Origin: Candidatus Buchananbacteria bacterium
Lineage (GTDB): Bacteria > Patescibacteriota > Patescibacteriia > Buchananbacterales > UBA6539
Direction: 5' to 3'
DNA length: 62,982 nucleotides
Assembly: GCA_041663485.1 (NCBI GenBank)
Contig: JBAYMO010000002.1
Coordinates: 1 to 62,982, forward strand
The notes beneath the pieces are model-generated. The model saw only the letters and a program-made list of their open reading frames with translations, made no database searches and was not told the DNA's origin. Position numbers and translations under genes: made by a program. This document shows, in pieces, positions 54,391 to 62,792 of the stretch (position 1 is its first letter; every line of letters begins with the position of its first letter).

Positions 54391-54426
54391 GCAAGCCCTA
54401 AATATCAAAAGCAAGTTTAAATCGGC

Positions 54427-54455
54427 TTGACTTTTTTTTAATAATTTATTAATAT
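54427..54455 (+). promoter_or_regulatory. Sigma70-like promoter TTGACT-N17-TAATAT
   Basis: TTGACT 54427-54432; TAATAT 54450-54455. Confidence 0.5.
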
Positions 54456-54695
54456 CAATTTAACTTGCTGGCCAGACGACTTGAATAATTCCACCCCAAT
54501 GGTGTGGTAAAAAACTTGTCGCTTCGGCCTTGATTTTTTTGAACAACCTGATTTTGGTCAAAATTAGGCTATAACCAAAAAAGCCGAAAGGAGGAAAAGC
54601 TTTTTTCTGTTCAAATTATATCAGCAAGGATCGTGGAAAATGAGACCTCAAGGAACGGCTCTGGATCTTTATCCAGAGACGCGGAGAAACAGCTC

Positions 54696-55067
54696 ATGCG
54701 AGCAAGATTCGGCCCGATAGCGGCCACGACGATCATTATCGCGCTGACGCTCATGGCGATGAGCGCGGCGGCAGCGATTCCGGCGAATGCAAACACGGCG
54801 ACGATGGCCTATAACGAGATTTCGGCCACGGCGATTCCGGCGACGACTTTCTGCGCGAGCGGCGCGGAGAACATGGCGGCGATGACGCAAATGGGAGTAT
54901 GGCAGCACCCCATTCGCGCGATTTCCGTAGTCGTCGTCATCGGCACCTTCGACAACACCGAGGCCACGACCGCCAATACCGCGTCAAAGGACATCGGACA
55001 AAATCCGTTGAACGCGGTGATTCGCGGAAACACGGACATGCTCGGCGCGGCCTGCATCGCCTGCTGA
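54696..55067 (+). CDS. Secreted Ala/Thr-rich hypothetical protein in a G+C-rich island (start could be the GTG at 54633)
   Basis: About 61% G+C by hand count over 372 nt, with about 85% G/C at third codon positions in this frame. MRARFGPIAATTIIIALTLMAMSAAAAIPANA looks like a signal peptide. Ends ..GAACIAC*. Confidence 0.6.
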   Translation: MRARFGPIAATTIIIALTLMAMSAAAAIPANANTATMAYNEISATAIPATTFCASGAENMAAMTQMGVWQHPIRAISVVVVIGTFDNTEATTANTASKDIGQNPLNAVIRGNTDMLGAACIAC

Positions 55068-55237
55068 TCACGATGGATCGGGGCGCGGCAAAGTCGCACC
55101 ATTAATCACCATTGACCAATTACCCGCGGGAGACTGAATCTAGTTAACCCTAGAACGTCGCCCGCGGTTCTTTATATCTAAAGGATTGTTAGAAATATCT
55201 ATTTAAGCTAAAATAAAGTTATACTCCTAAAAATTAT

Positions 55238-55699
55238 ATGCCATATCAAAATCCCCAAACCTTCATGGTTTCACTAAAAATCCTTTTGCGCAATAAAAAG
55301 GGTGAATGTTTGATTATGGCTTCACCTGACTTGGCTGTCAGTTTTAAAAATTGTTACGATTTGCCTGGTGGCCGAATTAATGACAACGAAGTTGAAACAC
55401 CTTTTATTAAACTCATTGATCGGGAAATTAAAGAAGAAGTAGGCGAAAATATTAAATACAAATTAAGAAAGGATCCGGTAGCTTTAACCAAATATCGCTT
55501 TAAAAACGGCGACTGTGCTTTGTATGTCTTGTTTGAAGCTAAATATTTAAACGGCACCATAAAAATCTCGGGAGAACACACGAGCTTTTGTTGGAAAAAA
55601 CTCAATAAAAAAAATATCAAAAATATATTTCATCCTAAATACGCGCGATTATTAAAGAATTATTTTGACTGGAATCAGGGGATTAAAGTTAAATTATAA
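55238..55699 (+). CDS. NUDIX hydrolase
   Basis: Nudix box GGRINDNEVETPFIKLIDREIKEEVG. Confidence 0.85.
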   Translation: MPYQNPQTFMVSLKILLRNKKGECLIMASPDLAVSFKNCYDLPGGRINDNEVETPFIKLIDREIKEEVGENIKYKLRKDPVALTKYRFKNGDCALYVLFEAKYLNGTIKISGEHTSFCWKKLNKKNIKNIFHPKYARLLKNYFDWNQGIKVKL

Positions 55700-55703
55700 A
55701 ATT

Positions 55704-56399
55704 ATGATGAGACTGCAAAAATTTTTAGCTCATGCCGGTATTGCTTCTCGGCGAGCCGCCGAGGAATTGATTAAAAAGGGCCAGGTTAAGGTCAACGGTC
55801 AAGCCGTTAGAACCTTGGGCACGGAAATTGATGAAGAGGCAGACGATGTAGAATTCCAGGGGAAAAAAATTACCATTAACCAAAATAAAATTTATTTAGC
55901 TCTAAATAAGCCGACGGGCTATATCTGTAGCGCCAGTGATAGTCAAGGTAAGTCAATTTTGAGCTTAATCAAAACCAAAGAACGCATTTATCCGGTCGGA
56001 CGACTAGATAAAGATTCTTCGGGTTTAATCTTACTGACTAATGACGGTGAATTTGCTAATAAAATTATTCATCCACGCTATGGCTGCGAAAAAGAATACT
56101 TTGTGGTTTTGGATCGCGAACTTAAACAAAAAGACATTGATCGTCTGCAGGCTGGAATGTATTTGGACGGCAAAAAATTAAAGCCCGCCAAAGTGACCAT
56201 GGCCAAAAACGGCTCCGCCAAAATTATTATTCATGAGGGCATTTATCATCAAATCCGCCGGCTGCTGGGGATTTTAGGCTACCAAGTGATCAAATTAAAA
56301 AGAATCAGAATTGGCAAGTTAGAACTTGGCAACTTAAAAGAAGGCACTTATAAAAAATTTACTCCTGAAGACATTATCAAAGGCAAGAAACTAATTTAA
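55704..56399 (+). CDS. Pseudouridine synthase, RsuA/RluB family
   Basis: S4 domain MRLQKFLAHAGIASRR; catalytic RLDKDSSGLILLTNDG. ATG at 55704. Confidence 0.9.
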   Translation: MMRLQKFLAHAGIASRRAAEELIKKGQVKVNGQAVRTLGTEIDEEADDVEFQGKKITINQNKIYLALNKPTGYICSASDSQGKSILSLIKTKERIYPVGRLDKDSSGLILLTNDGEFANKIIHPRYGCEKEYFVVLDRELKQKDIDRLQAGMYLDGKKLKPAKVTMAKNGSAKIIIHEGIYHQIRRLLGILGYQVIKLKRIRIGKLELGNLKEGTYKKFTPEDIIKGKKLI

Positions 56400-56400
56400 T

Positions 56401-57180
56401 ATGCCCCAGCCGGAAATCTCAATAATTATTGCCTCCTGGAACGTAAAAAATCTTTTACGCCATTGTTTAAATTCAATTTATGTTAATAGCGCCGGCATTG
56501 AGCTGGAAATTTTTGTCGTTGATAACGCCTCAACCGATCAATCGGTTGAAATGGTGCGATCGGAATTTCCAGAAGTAAAGGTAATTGCCAATCAACAAAA
56601 CCTTGGCTTCGGCCGGGCGAACAATTTAGCCTTGACTCAAGCCCAAGGTAAAAACATTTTATTTTTGAACCCTGATACTTTAATAAAAAAAAATTGTTTA
56701 GCAAATATTCTAACGTTTTTAAACCATAACCCTCAGGCCGGAATTGTCGGCTGCCAGCATCTTAATCCCGATTTATCGCTTCAACCGTCTGTCCGTCGCT
56801 TTCCGAGCTTTTGGCCAATTTTTTTAATTATTTCAAAGATTGCTAAAATTTTTCCTAATCTAAATACCTTAAACAATTACTTGGCCAGGGATTTTGATTA
56901 CAATTTAACTCAATTGGTCGAGCAGGTAGCCGGTTCATTTATGATGATTCGCCACGAAGTAATTGACGAAATTGGCGGCTTTGACGAATCTTTTTACCTT
57001 TGGTTTGAAGAAGTCGATTTATGTCGCCGGGCCGTTAATGCTGGTTGGCAAGTTTGGTATTTCGCCGAAAGTCAAATTATTCACTATGGCGGTCAATCTT
57101 TCAGCCAGCAATTAACCTTAAAAAAACAAAGAATTTTTTTACAAAGTGCTTGGCGATATTTTAAAAAACACGGCTTCTAA
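56401..57180 (+). CDS. Glycosyltransferase family 2
   Basis: ISIIIASWN..VVDNASTD..NLGFGRANN..FEEVDLC. Confidence 0.88.
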   Translation: MPQPEISIIIASWNVKNLLRHCLNSIYVNSAGIELEIFVVDNASTDQSVEMVRSEFPEVKVIANQQNLGFGRANNLALTQAQGKNILFLNPDTLIKKNCLANILTFLNHNPQAGIVGCQHLNPDLSLQPSVRRFPSFWPIFLIISKIAKIFPNLNTLNNYLARDFDYNLTQLVEQVAGSFMMIRHEVIDEIGGFDESFYLWFEEVDLCRRAVNAGWQVWYFAESQIIHYGGQSFSQQLTLKKQRIFLQSAWRYFKKHGF

Positions 57181-57198
57181 AAAATGATAAAACTATTC

Positions 57199-57220
57199 TC
57201 ACTGCCCTAATGGCAGTTTT
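57199..57220 (+). terminator. Intrinsic terminator
   Basis: CTGCC-CTAAT-GGCAG followed by TTTT. Confidence 0.65.
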
Positions 57221-57224
57221 AATA

Positions 57225-57252
57225 TTGACAAATTTTAACTAAGGATTAGAAT
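57225..57252 (+). promoter_or_regulatory. Sigma70-like promoter TTGACA-N16-TAGAAT
   Basis: TTGACA 57225-57230; TAGAAT 57247-57252. Confidence 0.55.
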
Positions 57253-57258
57253 AATAAA

Positions 57259-57455
57259 GCAGCCGATTAGGCAGCAAAAATGTGACGGGCAAGCCATATT
57301 ATGGCGTCCGAAAATGGTCGATTGGATTCGGACAAGGTGTAGGAAGGAGGTGATCCTACCATCTTAATACGAGAGGAGGTGAATGGGTTCGAATCGACCA
57401 AACCAAAAATTCCAAAGGGCTCTGGTTGCGCGTGCGGCCGGAGCTCGTTTTTATT
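57259..57455 (+). ncRNA. Candidate structured small RNA / leader with two extended Shine-Dalgarno-like (anti-16S-3'-end) motifs
   Basis: G+C-elevated, non-ORF-track segment between a promoter and a GGGCTC..GAGCTC + T-run hairpin (57417-57452). Hairpin GTAGGA-AGGAGGTGA-TCCTAC at 57339-57359. Second AGGAGGTGA at 57374-57382. Long-range pairing GGTCGATT (57316-57323) / AATCGACC (57392-57399). Confidence 0.35.
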
Positions 57456-57488
57456 GTAGTTAACCAGGATATAAGTTAAAATACTACT

Positions 57489-58919
57489 ATGGATTTAAAG
57501 AACATGGGCAAAACCCTAAGAATCACTTTAGGCCTAATTGTCATGGCCGAGTTGTTATCCTGGCTTGGTCAATCTTTTGAGCTACTTCAGACAATAGTAT
57601 ATTTTTTGATTCTATTAACAGCTTTAATTCTGACTTTAACTAAGATTGATTATGGCTTTTATTTTTTACTGACTGAAATCTTTATCGGCGGCTTCGGTTA
57701 TCTCTTTACTTTTCAGGGCATATCAATCAGAATTGGCATCTTTGCCATTTTCGTTTTGGCATCTTTGATTAAGATTATCAGCCAAAACCGGCTAGAATTA
57801 AAAATTTTTGTAAAAAAAATAGAGACGATAAAAATTTTTTTTATTTTTGCTCTAATATTTTTTTCTGCGGGTTTATTAGGATTGATTAACAATGGACTTA
57901 AAAATACCTTCTTTGACGCCAATGCTTGGTTATATTTTTTAATATTACCAATTTTATGTTTTCTTTTAAACAATAAAAAGGCCATTCAAAATATTTTGGC
58001 CATATTGATCGCTTCAACTCTCTGGCTATCATTAAAAACGATTTTTTTACTTTACATTTTTTCCCACGGTTTGGCGCAAATTGGCGATCTGACTTATCGT
58101 TGGGTTAGAAGCACGGGCGTGGGCGAAATTACCTACATGTCTGATTCCATGTTTCGCATATTTTTACAATCACAAATATTTTGTTTAATGGCTTTTTTAT
58201 TTTTTTCGGCTATTTGGCTAAAAGGCTGGCGACCGAAGAGTTTTATAGAAAAAATATTTTTCGCTATCTATTCATATCTGATTTTACTTTGCTTATTAAT
58301 TAGTCAATCTCGCAGCTTCTGGTTGGGCGGTCTAACTGCTTTATTGGCCATTGTAATAATTCTGATTTGGCAAAAAAGTATCAATTATAAAAAACTTGTT
58401 TTATTTTTTGTGGTTTTATGTTTGACTATCTTTTCCCAATTGGCTTTTACGCGGATTTTAACCGGCGCAATTTTCAATAATCGGTTAAATAATTTAGCCA
58501 GCGAACCGGCTGGAGCCAGCCGGCTAAATGAATTAAAACCCTTATCTAAAGCAATCATTCAAAGCCCAATTTTTGGCTATGGTTTTGGTAAGACTTTAAC
58601 CTACCAGAGCCAAGACCCAAGAATTCTAAAAAATAATCCGGACGGTCTATACACGACCTATGCTTTTGAATGGGGGTACTTTGACATCTGGCTAAAACTG
58701 GGCTTAATTGGTCTAAGTCTTTATTTGATGTTTATCTTATTAACAATTAACCAGGGCATCAACAGTGCCGACTACATTAAATTTGGTTTAGCGGCCGGAT
58801 TAATTGGTTTAGTTTTTGTAAATGTTTTTACTCCTTATTTAAATCATCCTCTGGGAATAATCTATCTGCTTATAACCCAAAAAATTATTACTACAAATGT
58901 TTTACCGGAAAAATCATAA
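57489..58919 (+). CDS. O-antigen ligase/polymerase-like (Wzy_C-type) membrane protein
   Basis: ~12 TMs with a large loop after LLISQSRSFWLGG, a pattern typical of O-antigen ligase-like proteins. Confidence 0.7.
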   Translation: MDLKNMGKTLRITLGLIVMAELLSWLGQSFELLQTIVYFLILLTALILTLTKIDYGFYFLLTEIFIGGFGYLFTFQGISIRIGIFAIFVLASLIKIISQNRLELKIFVKKIETIKIFFIFALIFFSAGLLGLINNGLKNTFFDANAWLYFLILPILCFLLNNKKAIQNILAILIASTLWLSLKTIFLLYIFSHGLAQIGDLTYRWVRSTGVGEITYMSDSMFRIFLQSQIFCLMAFLFFSAIWLKGWRPKSFIEKIFFAIYSYLILLCLLISQSRSFWLGGLTALLAIVIILIWQKSINYKKLVLFFVVLCLTIFSQLAFTRILTGAIFNNRLNNLASEPAGASRLNELKPLSKAIIQSPIFGYGFGKTLTYQSQDPRILKNNPDGLYTTYAFEWGYFDIWLKLGLIGLSLYLMFILLTINQGINSADYIKFGLAAGLIGLVFVNVFTPYLNHPLGIIYLLITQKIITTNVLPEKS

Positions 58920-58929
58920 TTGAATTCTT

Positions 58930-59502
58930 ATGGCTTTTGATAACACTGAAGTAGAAATAAAATTAGCTTTAACGGAAGAAGAATATTTCCGTCTAACTAA
59001 TTTATTGGCAAAAATCACCAGCAATCAAAAAGAATCAAAACAAATTGATGAATATTTTACTCCTGCTAATCGAAATTTTTTAGATCCGAAATTTCCTTGC
59101 GAATGGCTAAGCTTAAGACAAAGAGGAGAAAAAATTATTTTAAACTACAAACATTGGTGGCCAGAAGGGCAAGAGACATTTACCCATTGTGATGAAATTG
59201 AAGTCAAAGTGGTTGATTACTCTCAAACAAAAAAAGCGCTTGAAACGCTGGGTATTAAAAGTTTAGTGACAGTTGTTAAAGTAAGATTGACTTACAATTA
59301 CCAAAATGAGTTTGAAATTTTTCTGGATTCAGTTAATGATCTGGGCTGGTTTATTGAAATTGAGGCTTTAAAAAATTTTGGTTCAATTCAAACCACACGC
59401 CAAAAATTATTTGAACTAGCTGAACAGTTGGGCTGCGACATTAGTCAACCTGATAAAAGGGGCTATCCTTACTTATTGCTTAAGAAAAAAGGGTTAATTT
59501 AA
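58930..59502 (+). CDS. CYTH domain protein (CyaB-like class IV adenylate cyclase / triphosphatase fold)
   Basis: N-terminal EVEIKL (ExExK) motif. Size and beta-rich pattern fit CYTH. Confidence 0.8.
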   Translation: MAFDNTEVEIKLALTEEEYFRLTNLLAKITSNQKESKQIDEYFTPANRNFLDPKFPCEWLSLRQRGEKIILNYKHWWPEGQETFTHCDEIEVKVVDYSQTKKALETLGIKSLVTVVKVRLTYNYQNEFEIFLDSVNDLGWFIEIEALKNFGSIQTTRQKLFELAEQLGCDISQPDKRGYPYLLLKKKGLI

Positions 59503-60032
59503 AGATCCTGACGAATTTTAATTTTTTTAACAATTGATTTGATAAACTTATTTTTTCCGGCTAGATATTTCTTACGATTATTAAAGAATTTATGAGATAA
59601 ATTCTTTTTTAATTTTAGGTAAGATTTTGCCGTGGATTTACTTTTATTTAAATAGTCCCGAAAACTTATTAAATCCTGCCAAACCCGACCTTGGTATTTA
59701 ATCACATGCAAATGATGGGTAACGCGACTGTCAGATCCTTTACGAAAAAACAAACGCGAATTCTTTTTACTGGCTTTGGGTCGGTATTTGTAACCCAGGG
59801 TCTCAAGTGATTTAATTAGTCTATAACCATCTTTAAATTTTTTTGTACCCACGGCCAAATCAATGATTGGTTTAGCCGGCATATTATTTATAGCCGTACT
59901 GCCAATATGCTCAACATTAATTTTTTGTTTTAACGGCATGGCTTCAATCTTTTTCTTCTCGACCATAAAAGATTTTGACCATTTTTTCTGAGGTGGTACA
60001 AGTTTTACCGTGCCACGTTTAAGGCCAATCAT
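59499..60032 (-). CDS. GrpB family protein
   Basis: VEHIGSTAI..PAKPIIDL..HHLHV. Stop codon overlaps the CYTH gene stop (TTAA at 59499-59502). Confidence 0.8.
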   Translation of the reverse strand: MIGLKRGTVKLVPPQKKWSKSFMVEKKKIEAMPLKQKINVEHIGSTAINNMPAKPIIDLAVGTKKFKDGYRLIKSLETLGYKYRPKASKKNSRLFFRKGSDSRVTHHLHVIKYQGRVWQDLISFRDYLNKSKSTAKSYLKLKKNLSHKFFNNRKKYLAGKNKFIKSIVKKIKIRQDL

Positions 60033-60037
60033 AAAAA

Positions 60038-60625
60038 TTATCTTTGACTAAAATCTTTAATTAATTTTTTTTGTTCTCTTGGGCTTAACCGATTTTTACT
60101 ATCAATTTTATTTCTTTGACGGCTGGCCTCGAAAATCATAATAGCCGCCGTGACGGAAACATTTAAACTTTGCACCATACCTTTCATGGGAATATATATG
60201 GCTTGATCGGCCAACTTGATCGCTTTAGCTGACAGACCCCGATGTTCATTGCCGAGCATGATAGCGATTTTTTTATCGCAAAATTTTATCTGATCCAGGG
60301 CTTTGGCTTTTTCATCTAAAATTGTGGCATAAATTTTAAAACCTTGTTTTTTCAAAGATTGCAAGCAGCTTGGGGTGGATTTAAAAATATGAAAATCCAA
60401 CCATTTATTGGCCGAGCTAGAAGTTACTTGACCAACTTTTTTGGGGTTATAAGATTTTTCTTGATCAAAAATAAAATATACGTTCTGAATGCCAAAAGCA
60501 TCACAGGTACGCAAAATCGCTTGGGCATTGTGCGGATCATGAATGTCTTCCAAAACTAAAACCAGTCCAGACTGACGATTAGCCACCACCGATTCAATCT
60601 TCCTTTGACGATTTTCGGTCAACAT
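60038..60625 (-). CDS. SpoU/TrmH-family RNA 2'-O-methyltransferase
   Basis: LVLEDIHDPHNAQAILRTCDAFG..MLGNEHRGLS..IPMKGMVQSLNVSVTAAI. Confidence 0.9.
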   Translation of the reverse strand: MLTENRQRKIESVVANRQSGLVLVLEDIHDPHNAQAILRTCDAFGIQNVYFIFDQEKSYNPKKVGQVTSSSANKWLDFHIFKSTPSCLQSLKKQGFKIYATILDEKAKALDQIKFCDKKIAIMLGNEHRGLSAKAIKLADQAIYIPMKGMVQSLNVSVTAAIMIFEASRQRNKIDSKNRLSPREQKKLIKDFSQR

Positions 60626-60626
60626 A

Positions 60627-61571
60627 TTAATTTAAAACTTTACCCACTAAATCTTTTTGCCCGGCGAAAAAATCCCGGCCGCTCATTTCTTTTTTTCCTT
60701 CGAGCTGAATCTTATCAAGCACTACCGCCCCTTGGCCGCAGCCAACAGCCAGTTGGCCGGAATTAGTTAAAAATATAGTCCCGGGCACCGAATTACCTTC
60801 AGAATTACCCTCTGAAACGCTCAAATTTGCGATTTTCAGACGCTTGCCGGCATAATGCGTGAAAATACCAGGCCAGGGGAAAAAGGCTTTAAATTGACGA
60901 AGAATTTGCTGGGCGGAATTTTGCCAATTTATTTGGCCATCTTGGCGGTCAAAAATTTTAGTAAAAGTTGCTAATTTATCATCTTGAATTTTAGGCATAA
61001 TTTCGCCCATTAAGTAGCCGGGTAAAATATTTACTATTTGCTCCGCGCCGATTACCGCCATTTTTTTAAATACATCTTCCGCAGTATCTTTATCATCAAT
61101 AGCAGACTCCTTCTGAATATAAATTGGACCGGCATCAACTTTATCCGTCAAACCGATAATCGAAACACCGGTCTTAGTCTCGCCATTCAAAATGGCGGTT
61201 TGAATCGGCGACGATCCGCGGTAAGCCGGCAAAAGAGAGGGATGGAGATTTAAAAAACCCAAACGGGGCCAAGTTAATATTTCTTTGGGAATAATCATGC
61301 CAAAAGCTACCAAAATTGCCAAATCAATTGGCTGACTTTTTATTATCTCAATCAATTCTTTTTTATTGTTTGGCTGAATGACCTTAAGACCAAGTTTTAA
61401 AGCGGCCACTTTAACTGGGGGAGCAATTAATTCTTGCTTTCGACCGGCCGGCCGGTCGGGTTGGGTGATTACCAGTTCGGGCAGATACCCGGCTTCAACT
61501 AATTTTAATAAAGCCGGAACGGCAAATTCCGGCGTGCCTAAAAAAATAATTTTAGCTGGACTAGTTTTCAC
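60627..61571 (-). CDS. fmt: Methionyl-tRNA formyltransferase
   Basis: IIFLGTPEFAVP..QPDRPAGR..NLHPSLLPAYRG. Confidence 0.93.
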   Translation of the reverse strand: MKTSPAKIIFLGTPEFAVPALLKLVEAGYLPELVITQPDRPAGRKQELIAPPVKVAALKLGLKVIQPNNKKELIEIIKSQPIDLAILVAFGMIIPKEILTWPRLGFLNLHPSLLPAYRGSSPIQTAILNGETKTGVSIIGLTDKVDAGPIYIQKESAIDDKDTAEDVFKKMAVIGAEQIVNILPGYLMGEIMPKIQDDKLATFTKIFDRQDGQINWQNSAQQILRQFKAFFPWPGIFTHYAGKRLKIANLSVSEGNSEGNSVPGTIFLTNSGQLAVGCGQGAVVLDKIQLEGKKEMSGRDFFAGQKDLVGKVLN

Positions 61572-61580
61572 AAGTATTTA

Positions 61581-62084
61581 TTAAATTTCGCCTTTTTTAA
61601 ATTTTTCAAATATTTTTTCACCCTGAGTAATCTTTCTAACTTTATCAACAAACAAGATTCCTTCCAAATGATCAACTTCATGCTGAATTACTCGAGCCAG
61701 CATGCCATTAGCCGTAAATTTAATTCTTTTGCCGTTTTTATCAAGCGCCGTTAGAGTAACTTTAATTGAGCGTTTAACCAGGCCAAAAACTTCAGGCAAA
61801 CTCAAACAGCCTTCTTCAAGGATTTCTTTCTTCCAAGACTGGCGCAAAATCTTTGGATTAACCAAAACCATGGTTCCATCTTGGGTATTGATTACCACCA
61901 AGCGAAGATTATGTCCGACTTGCGGCGCGGCCAGACCCCAGCCATCTTTATTTTTCATCGTCTGATCCATGTCCAAAATCAGCTGCTGAATTTCTTTATT
62001 TTGTAATTCAGATGATTTTAAGTCCTTGGATGACTTACGCAAAATTGGACAATTAAAAATTTTAATTTCTAAAGTTTTAGCCAT
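61581..62084 (-). CDS. def: Peptide deformylase
   Basis: GLAAPQVG, EGCLS and QHEVDHL metal-binding motifs. Confidence 0.93.
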   Translation of the reverse strand: MAKTLEIKIFNCPILRKSSKDLKSSELQNKEIQQLILDMDQTMKNKDGWGLAAPQVGHNLRLVVINTQDGTMVLVNPKILRQSWKKEILEEGCLSLPEVFGLVKRSIKVTLTALDKNGKRIKFTANGMLARVIQHEVDHLEGILFVDKVRKITQGEKIFEKFKKGEI

Positions 62085-62102
62085 AAATATATTATACCAG
62101 AA

Positions 62103-62240
62103 CTAGAGGTCTTTTTCAACCCTAATAATTTGCTCTTCTAGTCGATTATAGTCATTCCAGTCTTGCCTGAGATAAGCTTCCAACTGTCTGGTTAAAAAAT
62201 TTTTTAGCTGCTCTAAATTGTCCTCCGCTTTTTGTTTCAT
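62103..62240 (-). CDS. Possible 45-aa coiled-coil micro-protein upstream of def (not in ORF track)
   Basis: My translation: MKQKAEDNLEQLKNFLTRQLEAYLRQDWNDYNRLEEQIIRVEKDL*. No clear SD. Ends 18 nt before def. Confidence 0.3.
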   Translation of the reverse strand: MKQKAEDNLEQLKNFLTRQLEAYLRQDWNDYNRLEEQIIRVEKDL

Positions 62241-62422
62241 AGTTGATTTTATTTTTAATTTTTTAAAAATTTGAAACAAAAAAATCTCAAAGTTTTTGAG
62301 AAATTTTTATTTAAAAATCTATTATATCTTTTATTAAAAATCATGTCAATGGTTTTTTGGGGATAAAAATTATTTGAATAATCAAAATTGACCGGTAAAT
62401 GTTATCTTACTTATCTTTTACC

Positions 62423-62451
62423 TTGACTTACCCCAATAAATTCAATAATAT
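62423..62451 (+). promoter_or_regulatory. Sigma70-like promoter TTGACT-N17-TAATAT
   Basis: TTGACT 62423-62428; TAATAT 62446-62451. Confidence 0.55.
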
Positions 62452-62510
62452 CAAAGTAAATGGGATAAAAAGCCAATGACCAATCAACCAACCAGCAGGA
62501 GGGAAGCGTT

Positions 62511-62756
62511 ATGTTCACAGTTTTGCTTTGGATCTGTATCGTTGCCATCGCCATTTATGCCATAGTCGGCATGATTCTGGCCGCTTGGGTATTTTACGAA
62601 GAGTTTGCTGAAGGCAATCTCATCAGTATATATGAAGTACTGGGCGTAATCCTGATTCTACCTATTGGTATAGGCTTGTGTATGTTGGGCTGCCTCGCTA
62701 TTGTTACTTTGGCGAAGTTTATTGACTATCGACAAGAACGTTACCAGCAGCAATAA
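62511..62756 (+). CDS. Small membrane protein (81 aa, 2 TM)
   Basis: Two hydrophobic helices. SD AGGAGGG (62497-62503) lies 7 nt upstream. G+C visibly above background. Confidence 0.55.
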   Translation: MFTVLLWICIVAIAIYAIVGMILAAWVFYEEFAEGNLISIYEVLGVILILPIGIGLCMLGCLAIVTLAKFIDYRQERYQQQ

Positions 62757-62792
62757 AATCAACCAAGGTGCGCCAATCCAGGAGAGGCAAAC

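Noticed and set aside
54611-55105. Multiple overlapping ORFs in other frames and on the minus strand of the G+C-rich island (54611-54796 -, 54669-54908 -, 54809-55102 -, 54899-55105 +)
   Set aside because: High G+C suppresses stop codons in all frames. Only the + frame of 54633/54696-55067 shows the strong third-position G/C periodicity, so the others are treated as shadow ORFs.
55141-55160. TTAACCCTAGAACG, resembling the piggyBac terminal repeat with its TTAA target
   Set aside because: Only about 12 nt match. I could find no inverted partner on the other side of the island and no transposase, and piggyBac is a eukaryotic element. Treated as coincidence.
57339-57359. Minus-strand GGATCACCTCCTT identical to the 16S rRNA 3' terminus, considered as a possible rRNA gene fragment
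   Set aside because: The sequence upstream of it on that strand shows nothing like helix 45 or the rest of 16S, and no rRNA operon context exists. The match is confined to the 13-nt anti-SD region.
57316-57405. tmRNA-like resemblance (GGTCGATTGGATTCGGAC.. and ..GGGTTCGAATCGACCAAACCA)
   Set aside because: The T-loop-like TTCGAAT lacks a flanking T-stem. The acceptor-like pairing is not followed by a proper ACCA end. There is no G-U alanine identity pair, resume codon or tag ORF, and the segment is far too short for tmRNA.
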